Source: Candidatus Korarchaeum sp.
GTDB taxonomy: Archaea; Korarchaeota; Korarchaeia; Korarchaeales; Korarchaeaceae
NCBI GenBank assembly: GCA_038888615.1
Contig: JAWAID010000002.1
Span: 211,594 to 275,593 of the forward strand
Direction of reading: 5' to 3'
DNA length: 64,000 bases
Program-made: the position numbers and the translations under genes
Notes under the pieces: generated by a model
What the model was told of the DNA's origin: nothing
Database searches by the model: none
The model's input: the letters and a program-made list of their open reading frames with translations, nothing else
Shown here: positions 17,666 through 27,035 of the stretch, one piece after another
How the letters are laid out: each line of letters starts with the position of its first letter
How positions within the stretch are numbered: position 1 is the first letter of the stretch

Positions 17666-19092
17666 TAGACGTGGGCACCACGGGGATAAAGCTATCCGTG
17701 TACGATGAGGAGCTCAGGAGACTTCATCGGGAGAAGGTCACGGTGGGCTTCGAGCACCTAGAGGGGGGCTTCATAGAGCAGAACAGTAAGAGGATCTTAG
17801 AGGTGGTTAAAGGGCTGATTAGAAGGGCTAGGGATTTTGGAGTCAGGAAGCTAGGGATATGCACCTACAGAGCATCCGTCCTAGCTTGGAAGGATAACGG
17901 AGAACCACTTACCAACGTGATAACCTGGATAGATGGGAGAGGCCTCGATGTGACTTCCAAGTTCTCCAGGAGGGTGAGATCAATGATGAAGCTCAGCAGA
18001 TCCCTGAGGGCCGTGTTGAGTCCCGATTCCCCGGCCGTTCTCCTGAAGTGGATATACGATAGGTTGGGGATAGGTGAGGAAGTCAAGAACGGTAGAGCGT
18101 TCGCTTGGACCTTGGACTCCTTCCTCCTCTACAACCTGACCGGCAGGTTCGTATCCGACCCCACCAACGCAACTTTAACGGGCCTGATACATCCTAGGGA
18201 CATGAGGGAGATAGGGATCGTCTTCGATTTACTTAAGCTCCCTAGGGTGACTCCCGATATTGGAGATAACGCTCAGGAATTCGGAAGAGTTGAGGGCGCG
18301 GACCTGAGCGTATCCATAGCTGATCAGCAATCGGCCGCCGTCGGCATGGGGGTACTGGAGAGCGGAAGAGTTGAGGGCACCCACGGGACCGGTAGCTTCT
18401 TAGAAGTAGCTACTTCAGGATTCCTGATGCCTAAGGGAGGGCTGATACCCATCGTAATCTTGAGCTTGGATGGTAGGAGGACTTACGGCTTAGAGGGGTT
18501 CGTGAGGTCGACCGGTTCAACGGTCGACTGGTTCAGGGAGGTGGGCCTCTTCGGGAGCTATGAGGAGATGGAGAGTTTGGCGGGAGAGGGAGGAAGAGGC
18601 CCTTTGCTGGTTCCCTCGCTCGGGGGGTTGAGGGTACCGAGGGCTCAGCAGTTGAGGGGGCTGATCGTGGGCCTGAGCCTATCCGCGGGGAGGGCTGACA
18701 TGATCTCGAGCATAGTTTGGGGTGTCTCCCTCCACCTTGCCCTCATACTCGAGCTCATGAGGTCGCACGTGGGGGACCTCAAGGAACCCCTGCTGGCGGC
18801 CGGTGGCTACTCCAGATCCAGGGTCTTCCTGAGGAGGCTAGCCGACCTCAGCGGCATGAGGGTAGCTAGGCCTACCGATGTAGAGGCCAGTTCCCTGGGC
18901 GTCGCTAAGCTCCTAGCGTACTTCGATGGTAAGCTGAGGCTCGAGGACCTCAGGGAACCTCCCGATTTGGAGGAGGAGTTCGAGCCCGGTATGGAGGGAG
19001 AGCTCAGGAGGAAGCTGCTTCAGGATTACTCGAAGCTGGTGGAGGTGCTGATGAGATGGGAGGAGAACCCCTTCCTGAGGGGAGCTTTCTGA
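17653..19092 (+). CDS. FGGY-family carbohydrate kinase (glycerol kinase-like)
   Basis: N-terminal VIDVGTTGIKL actin-fold phosphate-1 motif, about 480 aa, in a glycerol-cluster context. Confidence 0.7.
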   Translation: MYGVIDVGTTGIKLSVYDEELRRLHREKVTVGFEHLEGGFIEQNSKRILEVVKGLIRRARDFGVRKLGICTYRASVLAWKDNGEPLTNVITWIDGRGLDVTSKFSRRVRSMMKLSRSLRAVLSPDSPAVLLKWIYDRLGIGEEVKNGRAFAWTLDSFLLYNLTGRFVSDPTNATLTGLIHPRDMREIGIVFDLLKLPRVTPDIGDNAQEFGRVEGADLSVSIADQQSAAVGMGVLESGRVEGTHGTGSFLEVATSGFLMPKGGLIPIVILSLDGRRTYGLEGFVRSTGSTVDWFREVGLFGSYEEMESLAGEGGRGPLLVPSLGGLRVPRAQQLRGLIVGLSLSAGRADMISSIVWGVSLHLALILELMRSHVGDLKEPLLAAGGYSRSRVFLRRLADLSGMRVARPTDVEASSLGVAKLLAYFDGKLRLEDLREPPDLEEEFEPGMEGELRRKLLQDYSKLVEVLMRWEENPFLRGAF

Positions 19093-20453
19093 GGAGGGTC
19101 GAGGGGATCGTGGGTGACAGGATCTCCTCCGATCCGGATGTGCTGAGGATCTACAGGAGGGACTACTGGCCTCTCGCTCTCCTGAGGGAAGTGAGAGGTG
19201 AGGAGCTGCCCTCACCGATGGCCGTTGTCTGGCCTGAGGATGCCGATGAAGTAGCGGAGTTGATTAAGCTCTGCAACGAGTTCAACGTGCCCTTCGTCCC
19301 TTACGCCGGGGGCTCGGGTGTGACGGGAGGGACCATCTGCGATGGGTGCCTGGTGATAGACGTCAAGAGGATGAACAAGGTGCTTCTGTTGTCCCAGGAG
19401 GATTCTTACGTGATAGTAGAGTCGGGGATTCTCCTGAGGAAGCTTGAGGAGTTTCTGAATGAGAGAGGGCTCACCCTAAGGCACTTCCCCCAATCCTATC
19501 CCGAGGCGGCCGTAGGCGGGCTGATAGCCACCCTGAGCATCGGGCAGTACAGCACGAAGTACGGCGGCATAGAGGATCTGGTGATGGATATAGAGGTGGT
19601 GGCTCCGGATGGTGGCCTGATACCGATGAGGAGGAACATAGTGCCCAGGGCGTCCACCGGGCCCAACCTGAAGCTCCTCCTACTGGGAAGCGAGGGTCAA
19701 CTGGGCATCATAACGAAAGCAGCTCTCAAGGTCTTCCCAATACCTCCTCACGAGTTCAAGCGATCCTACGCCTTCAAGAGCTTCAAGGATTCCTTAAGAG
19801 CTATGAGGGAGATCATTCTATCTAATCTCACTCCAGCGGTCGCTAGAGCTTACGATGAGGAAGAGTCAACCGTTAGGTTCAACGATGGCAGGAACCTGCT
19901 CCTGCTGATCTTCGAGGAGCACTCCCAACACATGCTCAGGGCCAAGGTCGATGAGGCCGAGGGTGTGATCTCGAGGTACGGGGGGGAGAGCTTGGGGGAG
20001 GAGCAGGTCGAGAGGTGGCTTGGGAAGAGGTTCGATGTGATAAGTGAGTTGAGGAAGCTGGTGGTCCCAGCTGATCTCTGGTTCGATACCATTGAGACAG
20101 CGGCCACTTGGAGTAGGCTCGAGGCCCTCTACTCTAGCTTCAAGAGGAGGTTGAAGAGCATGAAGGGGGTGCACGCTGTCCTAGCTCACGCTTCTCACTT
20201 CTACACCACTGGAGCTTGTATCTACTTCACCCTGATCTATGACGCTGAAGAATCGCTCTACTGGAGCATCTGGAGGGAAGCAATGAGGGTTATCCTCGAG
20301 AACGGGGGAACGATAAGCCATCACCATGGAATAGGTTTGCTGAGGAAGGAGTGGCTCGAGGACGAACTAGGCCCTTCACTGCACTACTCCAGGAGGGTGA
20401 AGTCCGCCCTGGATCCGAGGGGCTTGAGCAATCCTGGGAAGTCCTTGGGGTGA
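19056..20453 (+). CDS. FAD-linked oxidase (GlcD / D-lactate dehydrogenase / alkyl-DHAP-synthase superfamily)
   Basis: PCMH-type FAD-binding segment ...VVWPEDADEVAELIKLC..VPFVPYAGGSGVTGG. The track start overlaps the kinase by 37 nt, so the start is uncertain. Confidence 0.75.
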   Translation: MGGEPLPEGSFLRRVEGIVGDRISSDPDVLRIYRRDYWPLALLREVRGEELPSPMAVVWPEDADEVAELIKLCNEFNVPFVPYAGGSGVTGGTICDGCLVIDVKRMNKVLLLSQEDSYVIVESGILLRKLEEFLNERGLTLRHFPQSYPEAAVGGLIATLSIGQYSTKYGGIEDLVMDIEVVAPDGGLIPMRRNIVPRASTGPNLKLLLLGSEGQLGIITKAALKVFPIPPHEFKRSYAFKSFKDSLRAMREIILSNLTPAVARAYDEEESTVRFNDGRNLLLLIFEEHSQHMLRAKVDEAEGVISRYGGESLGEEQVERWLGKRFDVISELRKLVVPADLWFDTIETAATWSRLEALYSSFKRRLKSMKGVHAVLAHASHFYTTGACIYFTLIYDAEESLYWSIWREAMRVILENGGTISHHHGIGLLRKEWLEDELGPSLHYSRRVKSALDPRGLSNPGKSLG

Positions 20454-20457
20454 TCCC

Positions 20458-21255
20458 TTGGTCAGCCTGAAGCTGGTTAAGGCGGTGAAGGTGACTCCCT
20501 TCCTCCTAGCCAGGTTCATGCTCGTACCCTTCAGGGAAGCGGGGAAACCCTGCCTCTACTGCCCCGGAATATGCATCGCCTCTTGCCCCACCTTCACGAG
20601 GAGCGGTAACATGGCGTTGAGTCCCCTAGGCTACTCCAGGATCCCCGACTTAGGTAGGAAGGAGTGCCTGAAGTGTTGGAGGTGCGTCTCGGAGTGCCCC
20701 CTGGGTTATGAGCTCCCAGAGAAGTTCTCCGAGGAGGTAGAGCTGAAGCTAGAGGTCCTGAGGAAGGGGTCCCCTATGCTGCTCTCCGTGGAAGGGTTAG
20801 ATGTGGATTACGGCACTACCATGGCTGAGAGGCTCGGTACTGGCTTATGCGTGGTCAAGGGACTTCTGAGGAGGTACGATGATGGTTGTGGGATAAGCAG
20901 GAGGTCCCTCTCTAGGGTCAGGAGGGAGATGAGAAAGCTTGATAAATTGATATCATTGTCTCCGGAGGCCTCACATTCCTTGAAAGTCCCCTTCTTCCTG
21001 GAAGAGGTGCAAGATCTCCCCGTACGACTTAACTACAGAGGCCCAGTTCACATACCTTGCCTACTCATGGATAGGAGCGAAGAAGTGGTGAAGGGACTCA
21101 TCTCGATCGGAGTCAGCCCGACAGAGGTGCTGAAGGATCCATGCATAAAGTTAGATGCTCCAAAGGCGTTGACGCTCTGTCCAAGAGCCTCTTCCTTAGG
21201 TTCGCTCTGCTTTTATGACCTAATGGAGTTCATAGATCGCACTTCACGAGCCTAA
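20458..21255 (+). CDS. Fe-S subunit (GlpC/GlcF-like, two Cys clusters)
   Basis: CLYCPGICIASCP and CLKCWRCVSECP ferredoxin-type motifs. Immediately follows the FAD-linked oxidase. Confidence 0.6.
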   Translation: MVSLKLVKAVKVTPFLLARFMLVPFREAGKPCLYCPGICIASCPTFTRSGNMALSPLGYSRIPDLGRKECLKCWRCVSECPLGYELPEKFSEEVELKLEVLRKGSPMLLSVEGLDVDYGTTMAERLGTGLCVVKGLLRRYDDGCGISRRSLSRVRREMRKLDKLISLSPEASHSLKVPFFLEEVQDLPVRLNYRGPVHIPCLLMDRSEEVVKGLISIGVSPTEVLKDPCIKLDAPKALTLCPRASSLGSLCFYDLMEFIDRTSRA

Positions 21256-21939
21256 GGGTGATTTGATACCGTTGAGCTCTAGATCGCATCTCCCGTTTAG
21301 GGAGATTATCGCTATCTCACTTGTCCTGAGCTCCCTAAGGTTGACCTTAACGTTACCGCAGATTAAACTCGCGTTACCCTTCCATGAAGCGGCGTAGAGG
21401 TCATTGAATATCTTGCGAACGCGGAACCCGTTCTGTAGCGTGATCCAATCGTCAATAATCCCCCTCGTGTAGACCACCTGAGGGGGGATCAGCTCCCCCC
21501 TTAGGCACTCAGCGGGCTTGAGCGACAGGTTCAGCACCCTCACCTCAGCATCCCTAGGTAGCTTAACTATCAGAGCTACTGTTTGGATGTAAAGCGTGTA
21601 GTTCCTCTTGAAAGCTGTTACATTGGTTTCGAGAATTCTCTGGCTACCCTGCCACACTTCAAAGGGCAGATTCTCCTCGAACTCATCGTCCGTCGGGAAG
21701 TACGCTAAGTACCTGACCAGGGAGTAGCAGGAACCCCCTCGGCAGGATATCAGGGCCGACTCCAGGTAGCGGTAGCTCGAGTTGGCTGAGCACCACCTAA
21801 CTGAGATCTCACTTGGATCGGGCCAAACAATCTTCAGCTCCTTAACTGAAGCCCTCTCACTAATCCTATATAGATAGAAAGATGAGAAGAGTACTAAGAG
21901 TAACGCGAAAGCTATGGTGAGGGCCCTCCAATCTCTCAT
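21244..21939 (-). CDS. Hypothetical membrane-anchored extracellular protein
   Basis: N-terminal TM LTIAFALLLVLFSSFYLY and several N-x-S/T sequons. No recognisable domain. Confidence 0.5.
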   Translation of the reverse strand: MRDWRALTIAFALLLVLFSSFYLYRISERASVKELKIVWPDPSEISVRWCSANSSYRYLESALISCRGGSCYSLVRYLAYFPTDDEFEENLPFEVWQGSQRILETNVTAFKRNYTLYIQTVALIVKLPRDAEVRVLNLSLKPAECLRGELIPPQVVYTRGIIDDWITLQNGFRVRKIFNDLYAASWKGNASLICGNVKVNLRELRTSEIAIISLNGRCDLELNGIKSPLGS

Positions 21940-21994
21940 CGGGGTTCGAGCTCAACAGACATATAAAAACGGTGACCGAAAGACTTAAAACGGA

Positions 21995-23209
21995 TTGGGG
22001 TCGGGAGGCGTATGCAAGGTGGTTCACTTTGGCAATGGTGAGAACTCCGTTGAGGAGTTCAAGGTGACTCCCTGGGAAGTAGAAGGCGTTGTGGACTACG
22101 ATAAGCTCATAGTTGAGTTCGGGACTAAACCACTGACCGACGAGCTGATAGAGAGGACCAGAGTGCTAACTAGGAGCGAGCTCCCAATATTCCTCACTAG
22201 GAAGTTCTTCTTCTCGCACAGGGATTACGATTTAGTCCTCAAGGATCACGAGGAGGGGAGGGGCTTCTTCCTATACACCGGCAGGGGTCCCTCAGGCCCC
22301 ATGCACATAGGTCACATAATACCGTTCTACATGACCTCCTGGTTCCAGGAGAAGTTCGGCGTCAACCTCTACATACAGGTGACCGATGACGAGAAGTTCA
22401 TAATACACCCGGAGTTCGAGTTCGAGGACACGAAGAGGTGGGCCATGCAGAACATCCTCGACATAGCAGCAGTGGGCTTCGACCCGGATAGGACCTTCAT
22501 ATTCCAGAACAGCGAGTACACGAAGATATACGAGATCGCGATACCTATAGCGAAGAAGATAACCTTCTCAACGGCCAGGGCTGTCTTCGGTTTCAATGAG
22601 AGCAGCAAAATAGGGATAATATTCTACCCAGCGATACAGGCCGCTCCGACCTTCTTCGAGAGGAGGAGGTGCCTGATACCGGCCGCGATAGACCAGGACC
22701 CCTACTGGAGGATACAGAGGGACATAGCTGAGAGCCTGGGTTACTTCAAGACTGCAGCGATACACGGTAAGTTCGTCCCTCCCCTCACCGGCATGTCCGG
22801 GAAGATGAGCGCGAGCATGCCGGAGACGGCCGTTTACCTGACCGACGATCCTGAGACCGTTAGAGCTAAGGTTTGGAAGTACGCCCTAACGGGAGGCCAA
22901 CCTACCGTTCAGGAGCAGAGGGAGAAGGGAGGGAATCCGGATGTCTGCGTTGTCTTCAAGTGGCTCGAGATATTCTTCGAGCCCGATGATAAGAAGCTTA
23001 GGGAGAGGTATGAGGACTGCAGGTCAGGGACTCTGCTGTGCGGTGAGTGTAAGGAGTACCTAGCCTCTAAGGTATCGCGGTTCCTGGAGGAGCATTCCTA
23101 CAGGAGGAGGAAAGCCGAACCCTTAGTTGAGAGGATGAAGTACACGGGGAAGCTGGCGAGCGAGATGTGGGAGTTGCACGTACCTAAGGTCCTCAGGAGA
23201 ATGAAGTAA
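21995..23209 (+). CDS. trpS: Tryptophanyl-tRNA synthetase, archaeal/eukaryotic type
   Basis: HIGH motif GPMHIGH, KMSKS variant KMSAS, and N-terminal ...FKVTPWEVEG..DYDKL. The true start is possibly GTG 22019, about 30 nt after the A/T box at 21983-21991. Confidence 0.92.
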   Translation: MGSGGVCKVVHFGNGENSVEEFKVTPWEVEGVVDYDKLIVEFGTKPLTDELIERTRVLTRSELPIFLTRKFFFSHRDYDLVLKDHEEGRGFFLYTGRGPSGPMHIGHIIPFYMTSWFQEKFGVNLYIQVTDDEKFIIHPEFEFEDTKRWAMQNILDIAAVGFDPDRTFIFQNSEYTKIYEIAIPIAKKITFSTARAVFGFNESSKIGIIFYPAIQAAPTFFERRRCLIPAAIDQDPYWRIQRDIAESLGYFKTAAIHGKFVPPLTGMSGKMSASMPETAVYLTDDPETVRAKVWKYALTGGQPTVQEQREKGGNPDVCVVFKWLEIFFEPDDKKLRERYEDCRSGTLLCGECKEYLASKVSRFLEEHSYRRRKAEPLVERMKYTGKLASEMWELHVPKVLRRMK

Positions 23210-23290
23210 GATGATTCAGCTTCCTACCTCTAACTGAGATGCATTCTGGGGACTCTGAGGAGGGAAACATGTGCTAAAAAAGTATTGGGG

Positions 23291-24967
23291 TCAGGCTGGA
23301 GCTCCTGTATGAGCTCCAGCTTTTATCCTCTTGTAGGCCCTGTATCCCTCGTTAACCATGAATAGAGCCAGTATTATCAGTACTATGTTTATCGAGGCAG
23401 CTATTCCAAGCCCTACCTTCGTCGGATCCCTCATATAGCCAATTACTCCGGAGTACGAGAGGTAGATGAGCGCAGCTAAGGTAGTGATTATCATGAAGGC
23501 CATTGGGATGCCCGTGAATATAGTTTTCTTCCTCTCCCTCAGAAGCCAGAGCGTTATTATCATGAGGGCTAAACCTGCCATCAGCTGGTTAGCACCACCG
23601 AAGGTTCCCCAGAGGTAAGCGAAAGCGGCTCCTGTCTTAGGGCTGGTAACTATGTAGACGATGAGCATTACGATAAAGGCGCTTAAGTACTTGTTCTTGA
23701 ACACCCCTCCTGCTCTAGGACCAGCTAGCTCGGAGAGAACGAGACGCGTTATCCTTAACCCTATGTGCATTATGGTAATGGCTAATATTATCAACATGAC
23801 GGTGGTGTATACCTTAGCGAAATCCATCGGTACACCTATCGTATTGAGTAGCATGGAACCTCCCGTAACGAAGTTCGTTGCAGTTTTACCCGCCTTTATG
23901 TTCCCTATAGCGACGTCGGGAGCGAGTATAGCAGCGGTAGTTAGGGAGACGAGGGCCATTATACCCTCGGCTATCATCGCGCCGCCACCGACGAAGTGCC
24001 CATCAACCTCATTATCCAACTGCTTCGATGTGATGGAGGATCCTATGAGACTGTGCCACCCTGATATAGCTCCACAAGCGATCGTGACGAATAGCATGGG
24101 CCAGAGGGGACCACTGAAAGTAACGTTTGGGTCGTAGAACGTAGTTACAGGAGGCGCTGAGTATTGGATGCCTGAAAACATTCCTATTATTATCCCTATT
24201 ATGCCGAAGTAAACTAGGTAGAACGATAGGTAGTTTATCGGTTGTATGAATACCCATATCGGCAGGACAGCTCCTAGGAAGCAGAACAGCAGGACCATCC
24301 ACATCCAGAAGTCTATCGTCCATATCCCGAGATCTACCTTCACAGGTATTAAGTTCCCTAAGTAAACCCCGATGTACATCAATACTATCGCGATGACCGT
24401 GGTGTAAACTATGTTCACCTTCAGCTTGTAGGTAGCGTAGCCAGCTAGGACCCCTACGATCGTTGTCACGATGATAGGTATCGGTGACTGCGGTATTGTG
24501 TTGAGCAATCCGCTCACTACGTTCGTGAACGAGGAGAGTATCAAAACTACGTACCAGAGGATGTACCATAACAGTATCGTCCTAGCTCTAGGTGATATGA
24601 GCTCGTACGTTATAGGTCCGAACGAGGATCCTTCGGACCTCACGGAGACCATCAGACTACCGTAATCGTGGATCCATCCGATGAATATTGTTCCTAAAAG
24701 TATCCAGAGGAACGCTGGAAGCCATCCCCACTGTATCGCTAAGATCGGACCGAGCACGGGACCTAATGCAGCTATACTCTTCCACTGGAAACCGAAGAGG
24801 ACGTACCTGTTGGAGGGGAAGAACTCTATCCCGTCCATGTACACATGAGCAGGGGTAGCTCTCTTCGGGTCACTCTCCATGACGTTCTTGTCAAACCACT
24901 TCACGTAATACCTGTACGCGAGCCCGTATAGGATAATACCCAGAAGGACGATGGCTACCGCGTACAT
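23291..24967 (-). CDS. cstA: Carbon starvation protein CstA (peptide/pyruvate transporter family)
   Basis: About 560 aa with more than 14 TM segments. CstA-like ...GPVLGPILAIQWGWLPAFLWILLGTIFIGWIHDY.... ATG 24967; the track start is TTG 24976. Confidence 0.88.
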   Translation of the reverse strand: MYAVAIVLLGIILYGLAYRYYVKWFDKNVMESDPKRATPAHVYMDGIEFFPSNRYVLFGFQWKSIAALGPVLGPILAIQWGWLPAFLWILLGTIFIGWIHDYGSLMVSVRSEGSSFGPITYELISPRARTILLWYILWYVVLILSSFTNVVSGLLNTIPQSPIPIIVTTIVGVLAGYATYKLKVNIVYTTVIAIVLMYIGVYLGNLIPVKVDLGIWTIDFWMWMVLLFCFLGAVLPIWVFIQPINYLSFYLVYFGIIGIIIGMFSGIQYSAPPVTTFYDPNVTFSGPLWPMLFVTIACGAISGWHSLIGSSITSKQLDNEVDGHFVGGGAMIAEGIMALVSLTTAAILAPDVAIGNIKAGKTATNFVTGGSMLLNTIGVPMDFAKVYTTVMLIILAITIMHIGLRITRLVLSELAGPRAGGVFKNKYLSAFIVMLIVYIVTSPKTGAAFAYLWGTFGGANQLMAGLALMIITLWLLRERKKTIFTGIPMAFMIITTLAALIYLSYSGVIGYMRDPTKVGLGIAASINIVLIILALFMVNEGYRAYKRIKAGAHTGAPA

Positions 24968-25338
24968 CGAGCGCAACAGGATGAGAAGCTTATAAACTTT
25001 GCTAGCCCCTCTACAATAATAATTTTAAACCTAGGTGAGTCCTACCATTATTTATTAATTTAAGTGACAAATTACGGAAAATTATATCGGGAATACACGC
25101 CTAAGTTCGTTTTAAGAACCCAGATCCCGGCACGGCGAATACTTTCGTTTCCATTAACACTTGTATATGTAAAATATCCTTTGAGAAGTTAAGTAAATTA
25201 AGTAAAGGTCGCATAAATTTATATAAATAATAGATACTAAAACCAATTATAGCTGATAAATATTAAATTTATTAGGCCTATTTATTCAAAAAATAAACAT
25301 CTACTCTTAATAATCGATCGTCCTCCGGCAGTGGGAGT

Positions 25339-25587
25339 ATGATCTCCAGGATCATCAACGTGGTTAAGGGTTTCATCTACGGTGCCACGACATACGATTA
25401 CGTTATTGAGCTAAGGAGTAAAGAATTTCAATACGAATGTCTACTGCAGGCCATTGTCCTTGGTGATAGGTACGGAATCCCATCATCTCACTATTACAGA
25501 CTAAAATTACTTCCATATTGGGTTACAAAATTAAAACATTTTGATAGAGAAATCTTAAGAGAGAAGGATATTCTCGAAAAAATATGA
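25339..25587 (+). CDS. Small hypothetical protein, paralogue A (82 aa)
   Basis: Aligns over its whole length, with one 1-aa gap, to the ORF at 25762..26055 (K..IYG...LGD..G.P..YY.L+LLPY.V..K....LRE+D). Confidence 0.6.
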   Translation: MISRIINVVKGFIYGATTYDYVIELRSKEFQYECLLQAIVLGDRYGIPSSHYYRLKLLPYWVTKLKHFDREILREKDILEKI

Positions 25588-25761
25588 TGGAAATCTTTGG
25601 GATCACTCTCTCCTTTTATGAGTAATAACCGTATAAATCTGTTACCTTTTCGTGAGCTCCAAATCCTTATTTACCAAGCAAGCCTAAAAACTTATATTTT
25701 ACTGGGAGGCTAGGGAGATGGTGTTATTCGGTAGGATTAGGTTACGAGGAGAGGTGATGCT

Positions 25762-26055
25762 ATGCGATTGAGGAGGAATAAAGATAAGGAAGAGAGAAAA
25801 GGAAGTGAGGTAGTTAAGGCTGCAAAAAGCTTGATATACGGTATGGCAGCGCATGGGATGGTATCCTACGCATTAAAAACGAAAATGCATTTGGAGAACC
25901 TATTCATGTTGATAACGCTAGGCGATATGCTGGGCCTACCTGTCCTCCCCCCATACTACACCTTAAGACTCCTCCCCTACGCTGTACCTCACGTGAAAAC
26001 TTGGAAGAGGACCTTACTCAGGGAGAGAGATGTTACGGACTTGATAGTAGGGTGA
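25762..26055 (+). CDS. Small hypothetical protein, paralogue B (97 aa)
   Basis: Paralogue of 25339..25587. Strong SD GGAGAGGTGAT before the ATG. Its stop lies 4 nt before the ArsA-like gene. Confidence 0.7.
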   Translation: MRLRRNKDKEERKGSEVVKAAKSLIYGMAAHGMVSYALKTKMHLENLFMLITLGDMLGLPVLPPYYTLRLLPYAVPHVKTWKRTLLRERDVTDLIVG

Positions 26056-26059
26056 TTTC

Positions 26060-27031
26060 ATGAAATTGAGAGAGTACTTTGAGGAGCACCCTAACCTAAA
26101 GTACATAATATTTGGGGGGAAAGGCGGGCTGGGGAAGACGACTCTATCCGCAACAACCTCTTACTGGTTGTCCAGGAGGGGTAAAAGGGTAGTGGTTTTC
26201 TCAACGGATCCGCAAGCGAGTCTTACAGACATCTTCGAGAGGGACATATTCGGGAAGGGGGAGGTAGAGATAGCCCCTAACCTCTACGCCCTCGAGATAG
26301 ATGCCGATAGACGTATAGCGGAATATCAAGAGGAGATTAGGAGGAAGATAATCGAGAGGTATGGAGAGGTACCTCCTGAGATAAATGATTACATCGAATC
26401 CGCTGCAGCTGAACCGGCGATGGCAGAATCAGCTACTTTCGATGCTATGGTTGAGCTCATGACGAGCGGAAGGTACGATATGTACATCTTCGATATGATG
26501 CCGCACGGTCACGCGATAAGGTTCTTGGGGATGGGTCAGCTCCTAGATGCTTGGATAGATAAGGTAGTGGAAACTAGGAAGAAAGCAGCCGAGTATGGTG
26601 ATGTAGCAGCTGTGATGAGTGGTAAGGGATCACTAGCCCAGGAGGATGAGATTCTGAATGAGTTAGAGTTCATAAGATCGAGATTAGATTTCGTAAGTAA
26701 TGTCATGAGGGATACGGAGCATACAGCCTTCTTCTACGTCTTAATACCTGAGGAAATGGCTATTCTAGACACTCAGAAAGCGATAAAAATGTTTGGAGAG
26801 TTCGGGATACCTATAAGTGGGGTTATAGTGAACCAAGTTTATCCCCCGGAGCTGCTCGTAGAGGAGTCAACTCCTGAGTTCCTAAAGAACAGGATAAGGA
26901 TGCAACAGGAGCACATGAAGAGGATAAAGGAGCTCTTCAGTGATAAGATATTAGCAGTAGTGCCTATGCTCGATAGAGAGCCGAAGGGGCTCGATATGCT
27001 GAAGAAATTAGCTGAGATGGTTTACGGGTGA
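26060..27031 (+). CDS. ArsA/Get3-family P-loop ATPase, copy 1
   Basis: Deviant Walker A GGKGGLGKTT, switch I STDPQASL, switch II DMMPHGHAIRFL. SD GGGTGAT before the ATG. Confidence 0.88.
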   Translation: MKLREYFEEHPNLKYIIFGGKGGLGKTTLSATTSYWLSRRGKRVVVFSTDPQASLTDIFERDIFGKGEVEIAPNLYALEIDADRRIAEYQEEIRRKIIERYGEVPPEINDYIESAAAEPAMAESATFDAMVELMTSGRYDMYIFDMMPHGHAIRFLGMGQLLDAWIDKVVETRKKAAEYGDVAAVMSGKGSLAQEDEILNELEFIRSRLDFVSNVMRDTEHTAFFYVLIPEEMAILDTQKAIKMFGEFGIPISGVIVNQVYPPELLVEESTPEFLKNRIRMQQEHMKRIKELFSDKILAVVPMLDREPKGLDMLKKLAEMVYG

Positions 27032-27035
27032 TATT

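Noticed and set aside
24012-24569. 185-aa minus-strand ORF inside cstA.
   Set aside because: It is an alternative frame of the same strand within a gene that has a continuous CstA-like multi-TM translation. The His/Arg/Asp-rich sequence is implausible as a protein.
24977-25338. Replication origin in the A/T-rich spacer.
   Set aside because: No orc1/cdc6 gene is adjacent. There are no repeated ORB or mini-ORB elements, only one partial GTTTCCA match. Similar A/T-rich spacers occur at several divergent promoters in the window.
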